Source of the DNA: an uncultured delta proteobacterium | Lineage (GTDB): Bacteria > Myxococcota_A > Polyangia > Polyangiales > Polyangiaceae | Reading direction: 5' to 3' | Assembly: GCA_963696385.1 (NCBI GenBank) | Contig: CAVOKF010000005.1 | Location: 1,248,001-1,312,000, forward strand | Length of the DNA: 64,000 nt | In this document: piece by piece, positions 20,057 to 29,363 of the stretch | How positions within the stretch are numbered: the stretch's first letter is position 1 | Layout of the letters: each line of letters opens with the position of its first letter | Program-made: the position numbers and the translations under genes | Notes under the pieces: generated by a model | What the model saw: only the letters and a program-made list of their open reading frames with translations | The model's database searches: none | Told to the model about the DNA's origin: nothing

Positions 20057-20800
20057 ATGTTACGATATGGACCGGGATCCGTGGGCAAGCCCGGGTCATT
20101 CGTGTTGGTCGTCGGTCACCGAACGTTGGTCGACGGCCCCGAAGGAGCAGCTGCGCTGCTTCGTCAGCTCGGGTCCGAGGTGCGGACGCTCGATCTGTGG
20201 GACGACTTCGTCTCCATCGTCGAGCAAGCGCGGTCGGGGGGTGACGTGCGCGCGATGGTGTTCGAAGCAGGCGAGCGCCCGGACTTGGCCGCCGCCGCGC
20301 TGCGAGCCGCGCGCAAGGTGCCCGAGCTCAGCGAAATACCGACCATCGTCACGCTGCCACCGCGTCAGATCACGGGGTACGATCCGGCGAGCGGATTCGA
20401 CGACTTCATCGTCGTGCCGTGTGTCCCCGGCGAGCTTTACGCGCGAATTCGAGCGCTCGAATGGACGCGCAGCGAATTTGCCACCGAGGAGCGCCTGAAG
20501 ATTGGCTCTCTCGTCGTCGATCGGGCTGCGCACGAAGTGAGCGTCGACGGGCGGCGGGTAACCCTGACGGCGAAGGAATTCTCGCTGCTCGCCTTCCTCG
20601 CCGCGAATCGCGGTCGCGTATTCTCCAGGGAGACACTGCTTGCGCGCGTTTGGGGAAGTCGCTACGAGGGCGGCGCGCGCACCGTCGACATTCACGTTCG
20701 CCGGCTGCGCGCCAAGCTCGGGGACGCATTGCCGCTCGAGACTCTCCGCGGCGCCGGGTACAAGCTGCGCGCGCCGAGCGACGCGGGAAAGTCCCGTTGA
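20057..20800 (+). CDS. Atypical OmpR-family (GlnR-like) response regulator
   Basis: GAGGAG RBS. Winged helix LTAKEF...GRVFSR...YEGGARTVDIHVRRLRAKLG. Receiver lacks the canonical acidic pocket and Lys. No adjacent kinase. Confidence 0.85.
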   Translation: MLRYGPGSVGKPGSFVLVVGHRTLVDGPEGAAALLRQLGSEVRTLDLWDDFVSIVEQARSGGDVRAMVFEAGERPDLAAAALRAARKVPELSEIPTIVTLPPRQITGYDPASGFDDFIVVPCVPGELYARIRALEWTRSEFATEERLKIGSLVVDRAAHEVSVDGRRVTLTAKEFSLLAFLAANRGRVFSRETLLARVWGSRYEGGARTVDIHVRRLRAKLGDALPLETLRGAGYKLRAPSDAGKSR

Positions 20801-21834
20801 GCGCGCCTCGCGCGCTCATCAGCATCGGCTGTCCTTGCGGAATCGGACCGGAGGTGAGCGTTGCGGCTGCGGCGGCCGAACGGCGCGTCCGCGTCGTCCT
20901 GGTCGGCGACGTCGATGCCGTGCGCGCCGCGGCGTCCGGCCGTGGAATCGCCCTGTCGCGCGTCGTTCGCGTGTCGGGGCCGGCGGAAGGCTTCGGTCTG
21001 GCCCGGGACCCTATCGCGGTCTGGCAGCCCACTCGTGCTCTGGCGTTGCGCGACCGGCGTCCCGGAGCGCCCACGCGAGTCTCCGGCCGCGCGCAACTCG
21101 GCTGGATCGACGCCGCCTGCGACGCCGTGGCGGCGCAAGCGGCGGACGTGCTCGTGACCGGTCCGGTCAGCAAGGAAGCCATCGCCCGATCGGGTGCGGT
21201 CGGGGCAGCGGACTTCATCGGACATACCGAGCACCTGCAAAAAAGACTGCGATCGCGCGAGGTCGTCATGGCCTTCTGGTCGCCCAGGATCGTGACCGCC
21301 CTTGCGACGACACACATTGCGCTGCGTCGCGTCCCTCGTGCCGTCACCCCGGCGCTGGTTGCGCGGGCGACGTATTGGCTCACCTGGTTCTTGGCTCAGC
21401 TTACGGGCCGCCGGCCCCGCGTGGCGGTGGCCGCGCTCAATCCTCACGGCGGGGAAGGGGGCCTGCTTGGTCGAGAGGAACGAGACAGCATCGTGCCAGG
21501 GATCGCTCGCGCGCGCGCGCGGCTCGAAGCATCGGGGATTTCGGCGAGCATCGACGGGCCGGTGCCTGCGGAGAGTGCATTTCGCTTGGCGGCGGGTCAG
21601 CGATGGGACGGGATCGTGGCGATGTACCATGATCAGGCGACCATTCCGATGAAGCTTCTGGGCTTCGGCGATGCCGTGAACGTGTCTTTGGGTCTGCCGA
21701 TCGTCCGAACCAGCGTCGATCACGGCACGGCTTACGATCGAGCGGGCCAGTGGACGGCGGATGCACGCGGTATGCGTGCAGCCATCGCCCTTGCCGGTCG
21801 GCTCGCGCGCATCGGCCGAGACGCCCTCGTCTAG
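20797..21834 (+). CDS. pdxA: 4-hydroxythreonine-4-phosphate dehydrogenase
   Basis: GCPCGIGPEV, TGPVSK, GHTE, LNPHGGE, AMYHDQ, RTSVDHGTAYD. TTG start overlaps the upstream stop. Confidence 0.95.
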   Translation: MSAPRALISIGCPCGIGPEVSVAAAAAERRVRVVLVGDVDAVRAAASGRGIALSRVVRVSGPAEGFGLARDPIAVWQPTRALALRDRRPGAPTRVSGRAQLGWIDAACDAVAAQAADVLVTGPVSKEAIARSGAVGAADFIGHTEHLQKRLRSREVVMAFWSPRIVTALATTHIALRRVPRAVTPALVARATYWLTWFLAQLTGRRPRVAVAALNPHGGEGGLLGREERDSIVPGIARARARLEASGISASIDGPVPAESAFRLAAGQRWDGIVAMYHDQATIPMKLLGFGDAVNVSLGLPIVRTSVDHGTAYDRAGQWTADARGMRAAIALAGRLARIGRDALV

Positions 21835-22253
21835 CGAGCGCCCCACACCGCCCAGGCGAGCCACCCGAGCATCGCGATGCACAGGCCGAACGCGCTCAGC
21901 GTGATCGGGAGAGGAACCCTTCCCGGACGGGGCGTTTTCGTCGAAAGCAGCAAGTGGGTCGCGGCGACGACGATGGCATCGACCTTTTTTTTCGCGCGCC
22001 CACCCTTTTGAGGGTCGTCCACGAGCGCGCGATATCTGCGGGCGATCTCGGGCAACGCCTGCGTGTGGAGCGCGTGATCGAGCAACGCCCGGTGCGGATG
22101 GTCCTCTTCCCATGCAGCGAGGACGCGCTCCCACAGGGCATCGAGCACGGGGTCCGTGGAGTCAGCCATCTCGACCGCGTGTGCGTTCGGCGGAGTCTGT
22201 CCGGCCGGTGCTTTGGACGCCCGCTCGATCAGCCGCCCCACGACGGCCCTCAT
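21831..22253 (-). CDS. Hypothetical protein with C-terminal transmembrane helix
   Basis: ATGA overlap with the upstream Cys-rich gene. Helical body and C-terminal ITLSAFGLCIAMLGWLAWAVW. Confidence 0.6.
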   Translation of the reverse strand: MRAVVGRLIERASKAPAGQTPPNAHAVEMADSTDPVLDALWERVLAAWEEDHPHRALLDHALHTQALPEIARRYRALVDDPQKGGRAKKKVDAIVVAATHLLLSTKTPRPGRVPLPITLSAFGLCIAMLGWLAWAVWGAR

Positions 22254-22687
22254 GGAAGGGCGATTCGCAGCTCGCGAGCAAGATGCGAGACCGCCTCAAA
22301 ATACGAGGATCGATCGTACGGCTCATTCAGGATGCAGAAGTCGCGGCCGGACAAGCCCACGCAGCCGAAGCCGTAGGTGCATTCGATGCAGCCGATGGAT
22401 CGGACGAGGTAGGCGCTGCCGAGGCAACCATCGCTTTCTACGCAGTGGTGGCAGGCCCAGCACCGTTGACAGCGTACGCAATGGGAACACTCCGCGCAGT
22501 CGGTGCACGACGTGCAGTAGTGGCAACGTGCTAGTCCGGTCGAACCAACACAGAACGTGCACTGGCTGCATCGCTCGCAACGATCGCACGCATAACAGGT
22601 CGTATTGCGCCGAAGCGGGGCCCGCGCGACGAGCTCCGCCAGCGCACCCTCGAACTGAGCGCCAGTGAGTGAACGGACTTCGCTCAT
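22250..22687 (-). CDS. Cys-rich (CxxC-ladder) hypothetical protein
   Basis: 21 Cys, mostly every third residue, ending CTYGFGCVGLSGRDFCILNEPY. Confidence 0.75.
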   Translation of the reverse strand: MSEVRSLTGAQFEGALAELVARAPLRRNTTCYACDRCERCSQCTFCVGSTGLARCHYCTSCTDCAECSHCVRCQRCWACHHCVESDGCLGSAYLVRSIGCIECTYGFGCVGLSGRDFCILNEPYDRSSYFEAVSHLARELRIALP

Positions 22688-22808
22688 GCCAAGGGTCGAC
22701 TTTTCTGACGTTCGGGCCCGGGAGGTCAAGACGCTCGCCTGGGATGAGCGGCTTTTTTGGCCCGTCCGCACGGCTGTGTGTACCAATGTGCGATACGGAG
22801 GCCTATCG

Positions 22809-23681
22809 ATGCCCGGCTCGCAACTATCCTATGTCTCGCTTTCATTCGCAGCAGCTCTCGCCTGCGTTCTGACTCCCGCGCTTGCGATCGCGTCACCCGC
22901 TTCACCGACTCCGGCTCGGACGGATCGCGACGCCAGGGCCAAGCCCTGCGCGAAGGCTCCCGTCGAGGTCGTTGCGGGCGCCGACCGCGCCACGTTCCCG
23001 CTCGCAGCGTGCGACGGAGGGGCGCTGCAATCCGGGGTCGACGAGTTTTCGATTCTCGCGAGGCCGGCAACGGCGGCCAAGCCGACCGAGCCACTCCCCG
23101 CGCTCGCAAAGAGCAACGGGACGGAGCTCGCCCCGGGCGTACGCCGCGTCGATTCGCGTCTGGTCGAGCGCCTGCAGCTCGTCGTGGATCACTTCGCCAC
23201 GGAGAATCAGCCCGCCCGGGTGGTGCTTCTCTCCGGGTATCGTCCGCGCGGATCCGGCAGCTATCACTCGACGGGTAGGGCCATCGACTTCCGAATCGAG
23301 GGCGTGAAAAACGATACGCTGGCTGCCTTCTGCAAGACGCTTCCCGATACCGGCTGCGGCCTGTACCCCAACGACGTTTTCGTTCATATGGACGTCCGAA
23401 ATTCCGGCACCGGTCACGTGGCTTGGGTCGACACGAGCCGCCAGGCAGCCATCGTCCCGGGCCGCAGTGTCACGGCCGGCGCCCCTTTGACGCCACCCAA
23501 AAATCCGCCCTCGGCTTCGGCGAGTGCGCCCGGGCTGTCGATCGCGAAGCCCATCGAGCAGAGCGACCTGGGGCACGCCGACGCGGCCAAAGAGAAGCTG
23601 CCACCGCTACCCGCGAAAGAGCGACGGATCAGCCGACGCAAGCGCCACAAGAAATCCCATCCGGAAAGCCGATCGATCTAG
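22809..23681 (+). CDS. Secreted YcbK/DUF882 (peptidase M15-like) protein
   Basis: Signal peptide, SGYR...SYHSTGRAIDF, FVHMDVR Zn ligands, Pro/Lys-rich tail. Confidence 0.8.
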   Translation: MPGSQLSYVSLSFAAALACVLTPALAIASPASPTPARTDRDARAKPCAKAPVEVVAGADRATFPLAACDGGALQSGVDEFSILARPATAAKPTEPLPALAKSNGTELAPGVRRVDSRLVERLQLVVDHFATENQPARVVLLSGYRPRGSGSYHSTGRAIDFRIEGVKNDTLAAFCKTLPDTGCGLYPNDVFVHMDVRNSGTGHVAWVDTSRQAAIVPGRSVTAGAPLTPPKNPPSASASAPGLSIAKPIEQSDLGHADAAKEKLPPLPAKERRISRRKRHKKSHPESRSI

Positions 23682-23773
23682 AGGGGGGGCAAGGGTGCAT
23701 CGACGGCGGTGCACCCGTCGGCTTCGCCGATCCGCCGACACCGGCGGGACGGTCCCCGCGTTTGCCCACGGCT

Positions 23774-24964
23774 CTAGCCCAGTGCGCAGAAGCCCTCGTA
23801 ATCCACGTAGCCAGTGATGGTCGGGTGGGGGCCACACACGGGGCAGGCGGGATCCCGTCGCAGCTTGAGTTCTCTGAACTTCATCTTGAGACTGTCGTAC
23901 GCGAGGAGGCGACCGGCGAGTGTGGTGCCACGCCCCAGCACGATCTTGATCGCTTCGGTGGCCTGAAGAGTCCCCACGATTCCACATAGGATGCCCAGTA
24001 CCCCGGCCTCCTGGCAGCTCGGTGCGAGGTGCGGAGGAGGCGGTTCCGGATACAGGCACCGGTAGCAAGGGCTCGGCGGCACTCCGAGCCGCTTCGCGGC
24101 CTTCTCCGGAATGAATGTCGTTACCTGGCCGTCGAAGCGAAAGATGCTTCCATGAACGACGGGTTTGCCGAGCCAGACGCTTGCGTCGTTGACGAGATAA
24201 CGCGTAGGAAAGTTGTCGGTCCCGTCGATCACGATCTCGTAGTCGCGAAATAGCCGGTCGACATTGGCGCCCGTCAGTCGCTCCTTGTGAGCGACGACTT
24301 TGACGTCGGGGTTCAGATCGGCGATCGCTTTGGCCGCGCTATCGACTTTTGGCGTTCCGACGCGACTCGTCGTGTGGACGATCTGTCGCTGCAGATTCGA
24401 CGCGTCGACCACGTCGGCGTCGACGATACCGATGGTTCCCACGCCCGCCGCCGCCAAATACAGCGCGGCCGGGGAACCGAGGCCGCCCGCGCCCAGCAAC
24501 AGCACCTTGCTATTCAGCAGTCGCGCCTGTCCAACCTCGCCGACCTCGGGCAAAAGAATGTGACGGGAGTACCGTTCTCGTTGCGCGTCGGTGAGCGCCG
24601 GCGGTACTTCGACCGGAAAACCGAGATCCTTCCACCGGACGAAACCGGGGTTTGCGGTCTCCACGTTCGTGTATCCAAGCTCCTGCAGGGTTGCCGCCGC
24701 CAGCGCCGAGCGCGTCCCGCCGGCGCAGTATGCGACGATGGGTGCCGTCTTGTCGGGGAGCTTCTGTTCGGCTTGGATCTCGAGAAAGCCGCGCGGCAGA
24801 AAGACCGCCCCCGGGATGTAGCCGCCGCGCCACTCGTCTTTTTCCCGCACGTCGACGACGGTCACCCTGTCACCGGCTTCGATTCGACGCTTGAGTTCTT
24901 CCAAGCTGACTTGTTTGACGCGCCTACGAACGTCTGAAATGAGGTCGGTATAGGTGGTGGGCAT
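23774..24964 (-). CDS. moeB: Rhodanese-MoeB/ThiF adenylyltransferase fusion
   Basis: N-terminal rhodanese (DVRE...YCAGGTRS), RYSRH, GAGGLG, SNLQRQ, CYRC and CPVC Zn motifs. Confidence 0.92.
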   Translation of the reverse strand: MPTTYTDLISDVRRRVKQVSLEELKRRIEAGDRVTVVDVREKDEWRGGYIPGAVFLPRGFLEIQAEQKLPDKTAPIVAYCAGGTRSALAAATLQELGYTNVETANPGFVRWKDLGFPVEVPPALTDAQRERYSRHILLPEVGEVGQARLLNSKVLLLGAGGLGSPAALYLAAAGVGTIGIVDADVVDASNLQRQIVHTTSRVGTPKVDSAAKAIADLNPDVKVVAHKERLTGANVDRLFRDYEIVIDGTDNFPTRYLVNDASVWLGKPVVHGSIFRFDGQVTTFIPEKAAKRLGVPPSPCYRCLYPEPPPPHLAPSCQEAGVLGILCGIVGTLQATEAIKIVLGRGTTLAGRLLAYDSLKMKFRELKLRRDPACPVCGPHPTITGYVDYEGFCALG

Positions 24965-24981
24965 CGAGGCTAGGCCACAAC

Positions 24982-25150
24982 TTAGTACAGCGCCCCGTTG
25001 AACGGTACCCGAGCTGCAGCTGGGTACGGCTTCGTTGCAGGCTGGCGCTGTACCAGGATGATTTTCCTTGGCGCTTCGCCCCTAACCCCACAATCGCCTC
25101 CCGGCGATTGAAGGACGCCGACCGGCTGAGCCCTGGCTCTGGGGCGGTGG
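24982..25150. repeat. Intergenic structured repeat, copy 1 (REP/MITE-like)
   Basis: A core of about 90 bp (24992-25082) closely matches 40376-40464, and both copies share the downstream GCTCTGGGGCGGTG. Confidence 0.8.
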
Positions 25151-25168
25151 CGACGATGGAAGACGCGT

Positions 25169-26350
25169 TTAGACGGGCACCACCTCCGTCATCCGAGCCA
25201 GGAGCTCGCCGCCGTCGCGGGGTCGCTCCTCGATCGGGCCCGTGCAAGCGGCTGCGAGGGCTTGGAGCGACGACGTCGCGTCGCTTTCGGCGCCGAAGCG
25301 AGCGAGGACCTCTTCGAGCAATCGGCCGAATCCGTAAATATCGTCACTCGGGTCGCTCACGCGGCCAGCGCGGCGCTCGGGGGACACGTACCCGGCACTT
25401 CCTGGGACGCTTGGGTCGCCCGCGCGCCTCGCGCTGCCGAAATCCGTCAGAACGGATCCATACGGCGGGAAAAGAAGCACATTGGCTGGCTTGACGTCGT
25501 GGTGGACCCAGCCACCTGCATGCACTCGCGCGAGCGCCCGTGCGAGCGAAAGGGCCCACCGTTGCGTCGGCGGGGCCAGGATCGCGTCACCTTCCGTTAG
25601 ATAGGCGTTCAGGGCGCCGAGGGCGCACCACGGCATGGCGAGCCAGCCCTCGTCGACATCCACGTCCAAGATGCGCACGACCCCTTCACCCGCCAACGCC
25701 GTTGCGACGGTTGCCTCGTGCGTGAGCTGGGCGGCGTGGCGAACCGGGTGGTGATAGAGTTTGACGGCAAGGCGTCGATCCAGGTGGCGATCGAGCGCCT
25801 CGTACACGGTGCCGGTTCCGCCTCGAGCCACTTCTCGGAGGAGACGAAAGGACGCGTGACCGCGCTTGCGTGGGCGTTCGCCCTGCACGGCGCCGTCGAT
25901 CGGAAGCATGGCCGACGTTGCCCCGGCCTCCATCCATTCGCGCGGCGCGGGTGCGATGACGGCCGTCGTGGCCCATCGGGCGCGGCGCTCGCGCGCGCCC
26001 GGCCAATCGATGTCGTGAAAAAGGATTCGTTCTACGAGCTGGGACGCTGCCGCGAAGTCACCGCTCAGTCCGAGGAGGTCCGCTCGCATCATGAGACCGG
26101 GGTTCGACGCCGTCTCTGCAAGCACCCGCGCCGCGGCATCCACTTCCCCGCGGTCGGCGAGCTCGGAGGCGACGGCCATGACCAGAGGATCGGCAAGTGG
26201 CGCTCTCGCGTGGATTCGCAGAAGAAGATCGATGGCGCGTCCTTGGTCTGGCGTCGTCCGTAGGTCGCTCAGGGCCCGCAGCGCTTCTTCCGTCGATGGC
26301 CCGCCGACCGCGCCGAGGAGTGACAAGCGCGCGAGGAGATCTGACGTCAT
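25169..26350 (-). CDS. Hanks-type Ser/Thr protein kinase with N-terminal TPR-like region
   Basis: ARGGTGTVY, AVK, HHDVKPANV, TDFG, YVSPE, DIYGFG. ATGA overlap with the FHA gene. Confidence 0.88.
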   Translation of the reverse strand: MTSDLLARLSLLGAVGGPSTEEALRALSDLRTTPDQGRAIDLLLRIHARAPLADPLVMAVASELADRGEVDAAARVLAETASNPGLMMRADLLGLSGDFAAASQLVERILFHDIDWPGARERRARWATTAVIAPAPREWMEAGATSAMLPIDGAVQGERPRKRGHASFRLLREVARGGTGTVYEALDRHLDRRLAVKLYHHPVRHAAQLTHEATVATALAGEGVVRILDVDVDEGWLAMPWCALGALNAYLTEGDAILAPPTQRWALSLARALARVHAGGWVHHDVKPANVLLFPPYGSVLTDFGSARRAGDPSVPGSAGYVSPERRAGRVSDPSDDIYGFGRLLEEVLARFGAESDATSSLQALAAACTGPIEERPRDGGELLARMTEVVPV

Positions 26351-27549
26351 CGCAGGACCGTGACCTGCGGCGGTCCTCCGCGCTCGCTCGCGATGGCGTC
26401 TCCAGCAACCAACGTTGCGCGTTTTGGCCACTGAATCCAGGCCGAGAAAGCCGCAGGGGCGTCGTCGGTGGTCAGCTCGACCCAGTCGTCCGTGCCTCGC
26501 TCCAGTCGCCAGCGCCCGATGCCGAGCGAGCACACGCCCAGTGAGGCGATGTAGCGCCGCCCGGCGATCTCGATGGCGAGGGCTTCGTCGCTCCAATCGC
26601 TCGCGGCATGGATGGCCAGGCGCACGTGTCCGCCGAGCCAAAGTTCCAGGCCGCGATCGACCGGTACGTCGTGTCTCAGCGGCGCGCCGCGCAGCGAAGT
26701 GCCGTGGCGGCTGCCGAGGTCGCGCACTACGACCTCGCCGTCTCGCCGAACAATCGCCAGGTGAGCGCGGCTGAGCGCAGCGGACGGGACGCGGATGAAT
26801 GCCTGATGGGACTCGGCGCCGCCACGGTTCGGGGATCGACCGACGACGACGGACTCTCCGAGCAGCAGCCTTGTCTCATACCCGCGGACAACCGCGTGGA
26901 CCGTGCATCCAGCCGCACGCTTTGCGCGAAGGTCCAGTCCGCGTCGAATCAACGATTCGTCGTTCGACGCAATCGCCAGAGCCGCCGCTTCGCGGCGCGC
27001 TCCGCTCGCGACGAGAAAGTCGAATTCGTCGGTCGCGTGGCGGCGTACCGACATCTGGGTGCGGTGGGCTTGCTGAGCCCTGAGTAGATCATCGAGCGTG
27101 TCGATCGCACCCGCGTGCTCCAGAGCACGCGCCTGCCCTTCGACGTCTCCGGCACGGGCATAAGCCTCGGCCGCCCGTTCGTGTTCCCCGAGCCCTTCCA
27201 GTTCGTGGGCGGCACCGAGCAAGTCGCGCCGTAGGCCGTCGGTCAGAGGCCCGCTGGCCGTCGCGGCGATGACGGTCAGTGCGTATTTCCTCCGAGCCCG
27301 CTCGGCGACTTCACTGGCCGCGGGGGCCGTCGCTGCGGCATCGGCGTAATATCGCAAACGAACGACAAGCTGGGCTTCTTGATCGCCGCGGAGGATCGTG
27401 ACGCGGGCCGCCTCGTCGGGGCGCCCAGCCACGGCAAATAGAGCGGCAGACTCCGTGAGGTCGCCGCGAAGCTCCGCGGCGCGCGCGTGCACAAGCGCTC
27501 GAGCGCTCCCGGGCCGGTGGCCGAACCAGCTTTCGAAGATGCGGGCCAT
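26347..27549 (-). CDS. FHA-domain protein with helical N-terminus
   Basis: VVGRS...LSRAHL...DLGSRHGT FHA signature. Confidence 0.85.
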   Translation of the reverse strand: MARIFESWFGHRPGSARALVHARAAELRGDLTESAALFAVAGRPDEAARVTILRGDQEAQLVVRLRYYADAAATAPAASEVAERARRKYALTVIAATASGPLTDGLRRDLLGAAHELEGLGEHERAAEAYARAGDVEGQARALEHAGAIDTLDDLLRAQQAHRTQMSVRRHATDEFDFLVASGARREAAALAIASNDESLIRRGLDLRAKRAAGCTVHAVVRGYETRLLLGESVVVGRSPNRGGAESHQAFIRVPSAALSRAHLAIVRRDGEVVVRDLGSRHGTSLRGAPLRHDVPVDRGLELWLGGHVRLAIHAASDWSDEALAIEIAGRRYIASLGVCSLGIGRWRLERGTDDWVELTTDDAPAAFSAWIQWPKRATLVAGDAIASERGGPPQVTVLR

Positions 27550-27649
27550 CGACCTACCCTGTCGCCCTTCCTAGGCGTAGCAGCGCGCGACGAATCGCGC
27601 CCGGGGGTTTCGTTCTGAGGCGTCGGGCGGCGCCCCTGTGTAAGCTGGG

Positions 27650-29356
27650 ATGCGTATGGCCAACAACAACCGCTTGGGCGAGCTGCTCGTCCGCGAGAAA
27701 CTCATCTCTTTATCGCAGCTTCGCCGCGCACAGGAAGAGCAGCAGAAGTCCGGACACAACTTGGGCTATACGCTCGCCAAGCTCGGGTACGTGAGCGACG
27801 AGGAGATCACCGGATTTCTCAGCCAACAGTACAAGGTCCCGACCATCAATCTCGAGGAATACGAGATCGATCTCGACATCCTGAAGCTCGTGCCGAAGGA
27901 GCCGTGCGAGCGCCACAAGGTCGTTCCCGTGTCGCGCACCGGCAACTCGCTCATCGTCGCCATGGCGGATCCGACCAACCTAAATGCCATCGACGACCTC
28001 AAGTTCCTGACCGGCTACAACATCGAGCCGGTCATCGCGAGCGAAACCGCGATTCAGAACGCGATCGAGAAGTACTACAACGCCGGGCCTTCGTACGACG
28101 AGGTCATGGCGGGCTTCGACGAAGCCGAGATCGAATTCAGCGGCGAGGAAGAGGACATCAGTCTCCTCGAACTCGAGAAGGCCAGCGAAGACGCACCGGT
28201 CGTCAAGCTCGTCAACATGATGCTTCTCAACGCGATCAAGAAGGGAGCGAGCGACATTCACATCGAGCCGTACGAGAAGAAGCTGCGGGTCCGCTATCGG
28301 GTCGACGGCGTTTTGGCCGAGGAGATGACGCCGCCGCTCAAGCTGAAGAACGCGATCACGAGCCGCATCAAGATCATGGCATCTCTCGACATCGCCGAAC
28401 GGCGCTTGCCGCAAGACGGGCGAATCAAGCTCAAGCTCGGAAAGAGCCGCGAAATGGACTTCCGCGTTTCGGTCATGCCCACGCTGTGGGGCGAAAAGGT
28501 GGTCATGCGGTTGCTCGACAAGGGCAACTTGCAGCTCGATATGGCAAAGCTCGGCTTCGACCCGAAGCCGCTCGACGACTTCAAGTGGGCCATCAATCAG
28601 CCATGGGGCATGGTGCTCGTCACGGGCCCGACCGGCTCGGGCAAGACGACGACGCTCTATTCGGCGCTGTCGGATCTGAACAAAGTCGCTCATAACATCA
28701 GCACCGCGGAAGATCCGGTCGAGTACAACCTGCACGGGATCAACCAGGTGCAGATGCACGACGAAATCGGTCTCAACTTCGCGATGGCGCTCCGTGCGTT
28801 CCTGAGGCAGGACCCGGACATCATCATGGTGGGCGAGATTCGAGACTTCGAGACCGCCGAGATCGCCGTGAAGGCTGCATTGACCGGGCACATGGTCTTG
28901 TCGACGTTGCATACAAATGACGCGCCGGCGACGATTTCGCGTTTGCTCAACATGGGAGTCGAGCCATTTCTCATCACGGCGAGCGTGAACCTCGTGCTCG
29001 CGCAGCGGCTGGCTCGCAAGATCTGCAGCGATTGCAAGCAGCCGATGAAGTACGAGCGCAAAATCCTCGAGGACTGCGGATTCTCCCCCGAACAGCTCGC
29101 CAACGCGAAGCTGTCGAAGGGGGCTGGCTGTCGAACGTGCAGCGGCAGCGGGTACAAGGGGCGGGTGGCGCTCTACGAAGTCATGCGGTTCTCCGACCAC
29201 CTCAAGGAGATGGTGTTGCAGGGCGCGTCGACAGCGGAATTAAAGATCGGCGCGACGAAGAACGGAATGAGCACGCTTCGAGCGAGCGGCATCAAGAAAG
29301 TGCTCGATGGAGTCACGACGCCCGAAGAAATCATGCGCGTGACCATGTCCGATTGA
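27650..29356 (+). CDS. pilB: Type IV pilus extension ATPase PilB
   Basis: N-terminal RLGELL MshEN-like region, GPTGSGKTT, LRQDPD, tetra-Cys (CSDC...CRTC). Confidence 0.96.
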   Translation: MRMANNNRLGELLVREKLISLSQLRRAQEEQQKSGHNLGYTLAKLGYVSDEEITGFLSQQYKVPTINLEEYEIDLDILKLVPKEPCERHKVVPVSRTGNSLIVAMADPTNLNAIDDLKFLTGYNIEPVIASETAIQNAIEKYYNAGPSYDEVMAGFDEAEIEFSGEEEDISLLELEKASEDAPVVKLVNMMLLNAIKKGASDIHIEPYEKKLRVRYRVDGVLAEEMTPPLKLKNAITSRIKIMASLDIAERRLPQDGRIKLKLGKSREMDFRVSVMPTLWGEKVVMRLLDKGNLQLDMAKLGFDPKPLDDFKWAINQPWGMVLVTGPTGSGKTTTLYSALSDLNKVAHNISTAEDPVEYNLHGINQVQMHDEIGLNFAMALRAFLRQDPDIIMVGEIRDFETAEIAVKAALTGHMVLSTLHTNDAPATISRLLNMGVEPFLITASVNLVLAQRLARKICSDCKQPMKYERKILEDCGFSPEQLANAKLSKGAGCRTCSGSGYKGRVALYEVMRFSDHLKEMVLQGASTAELKIGATKNGMSTLRASGIKKVLDGVTTPEEIMRVTMSD

Positions 29357-29363
29357 AGGACGC

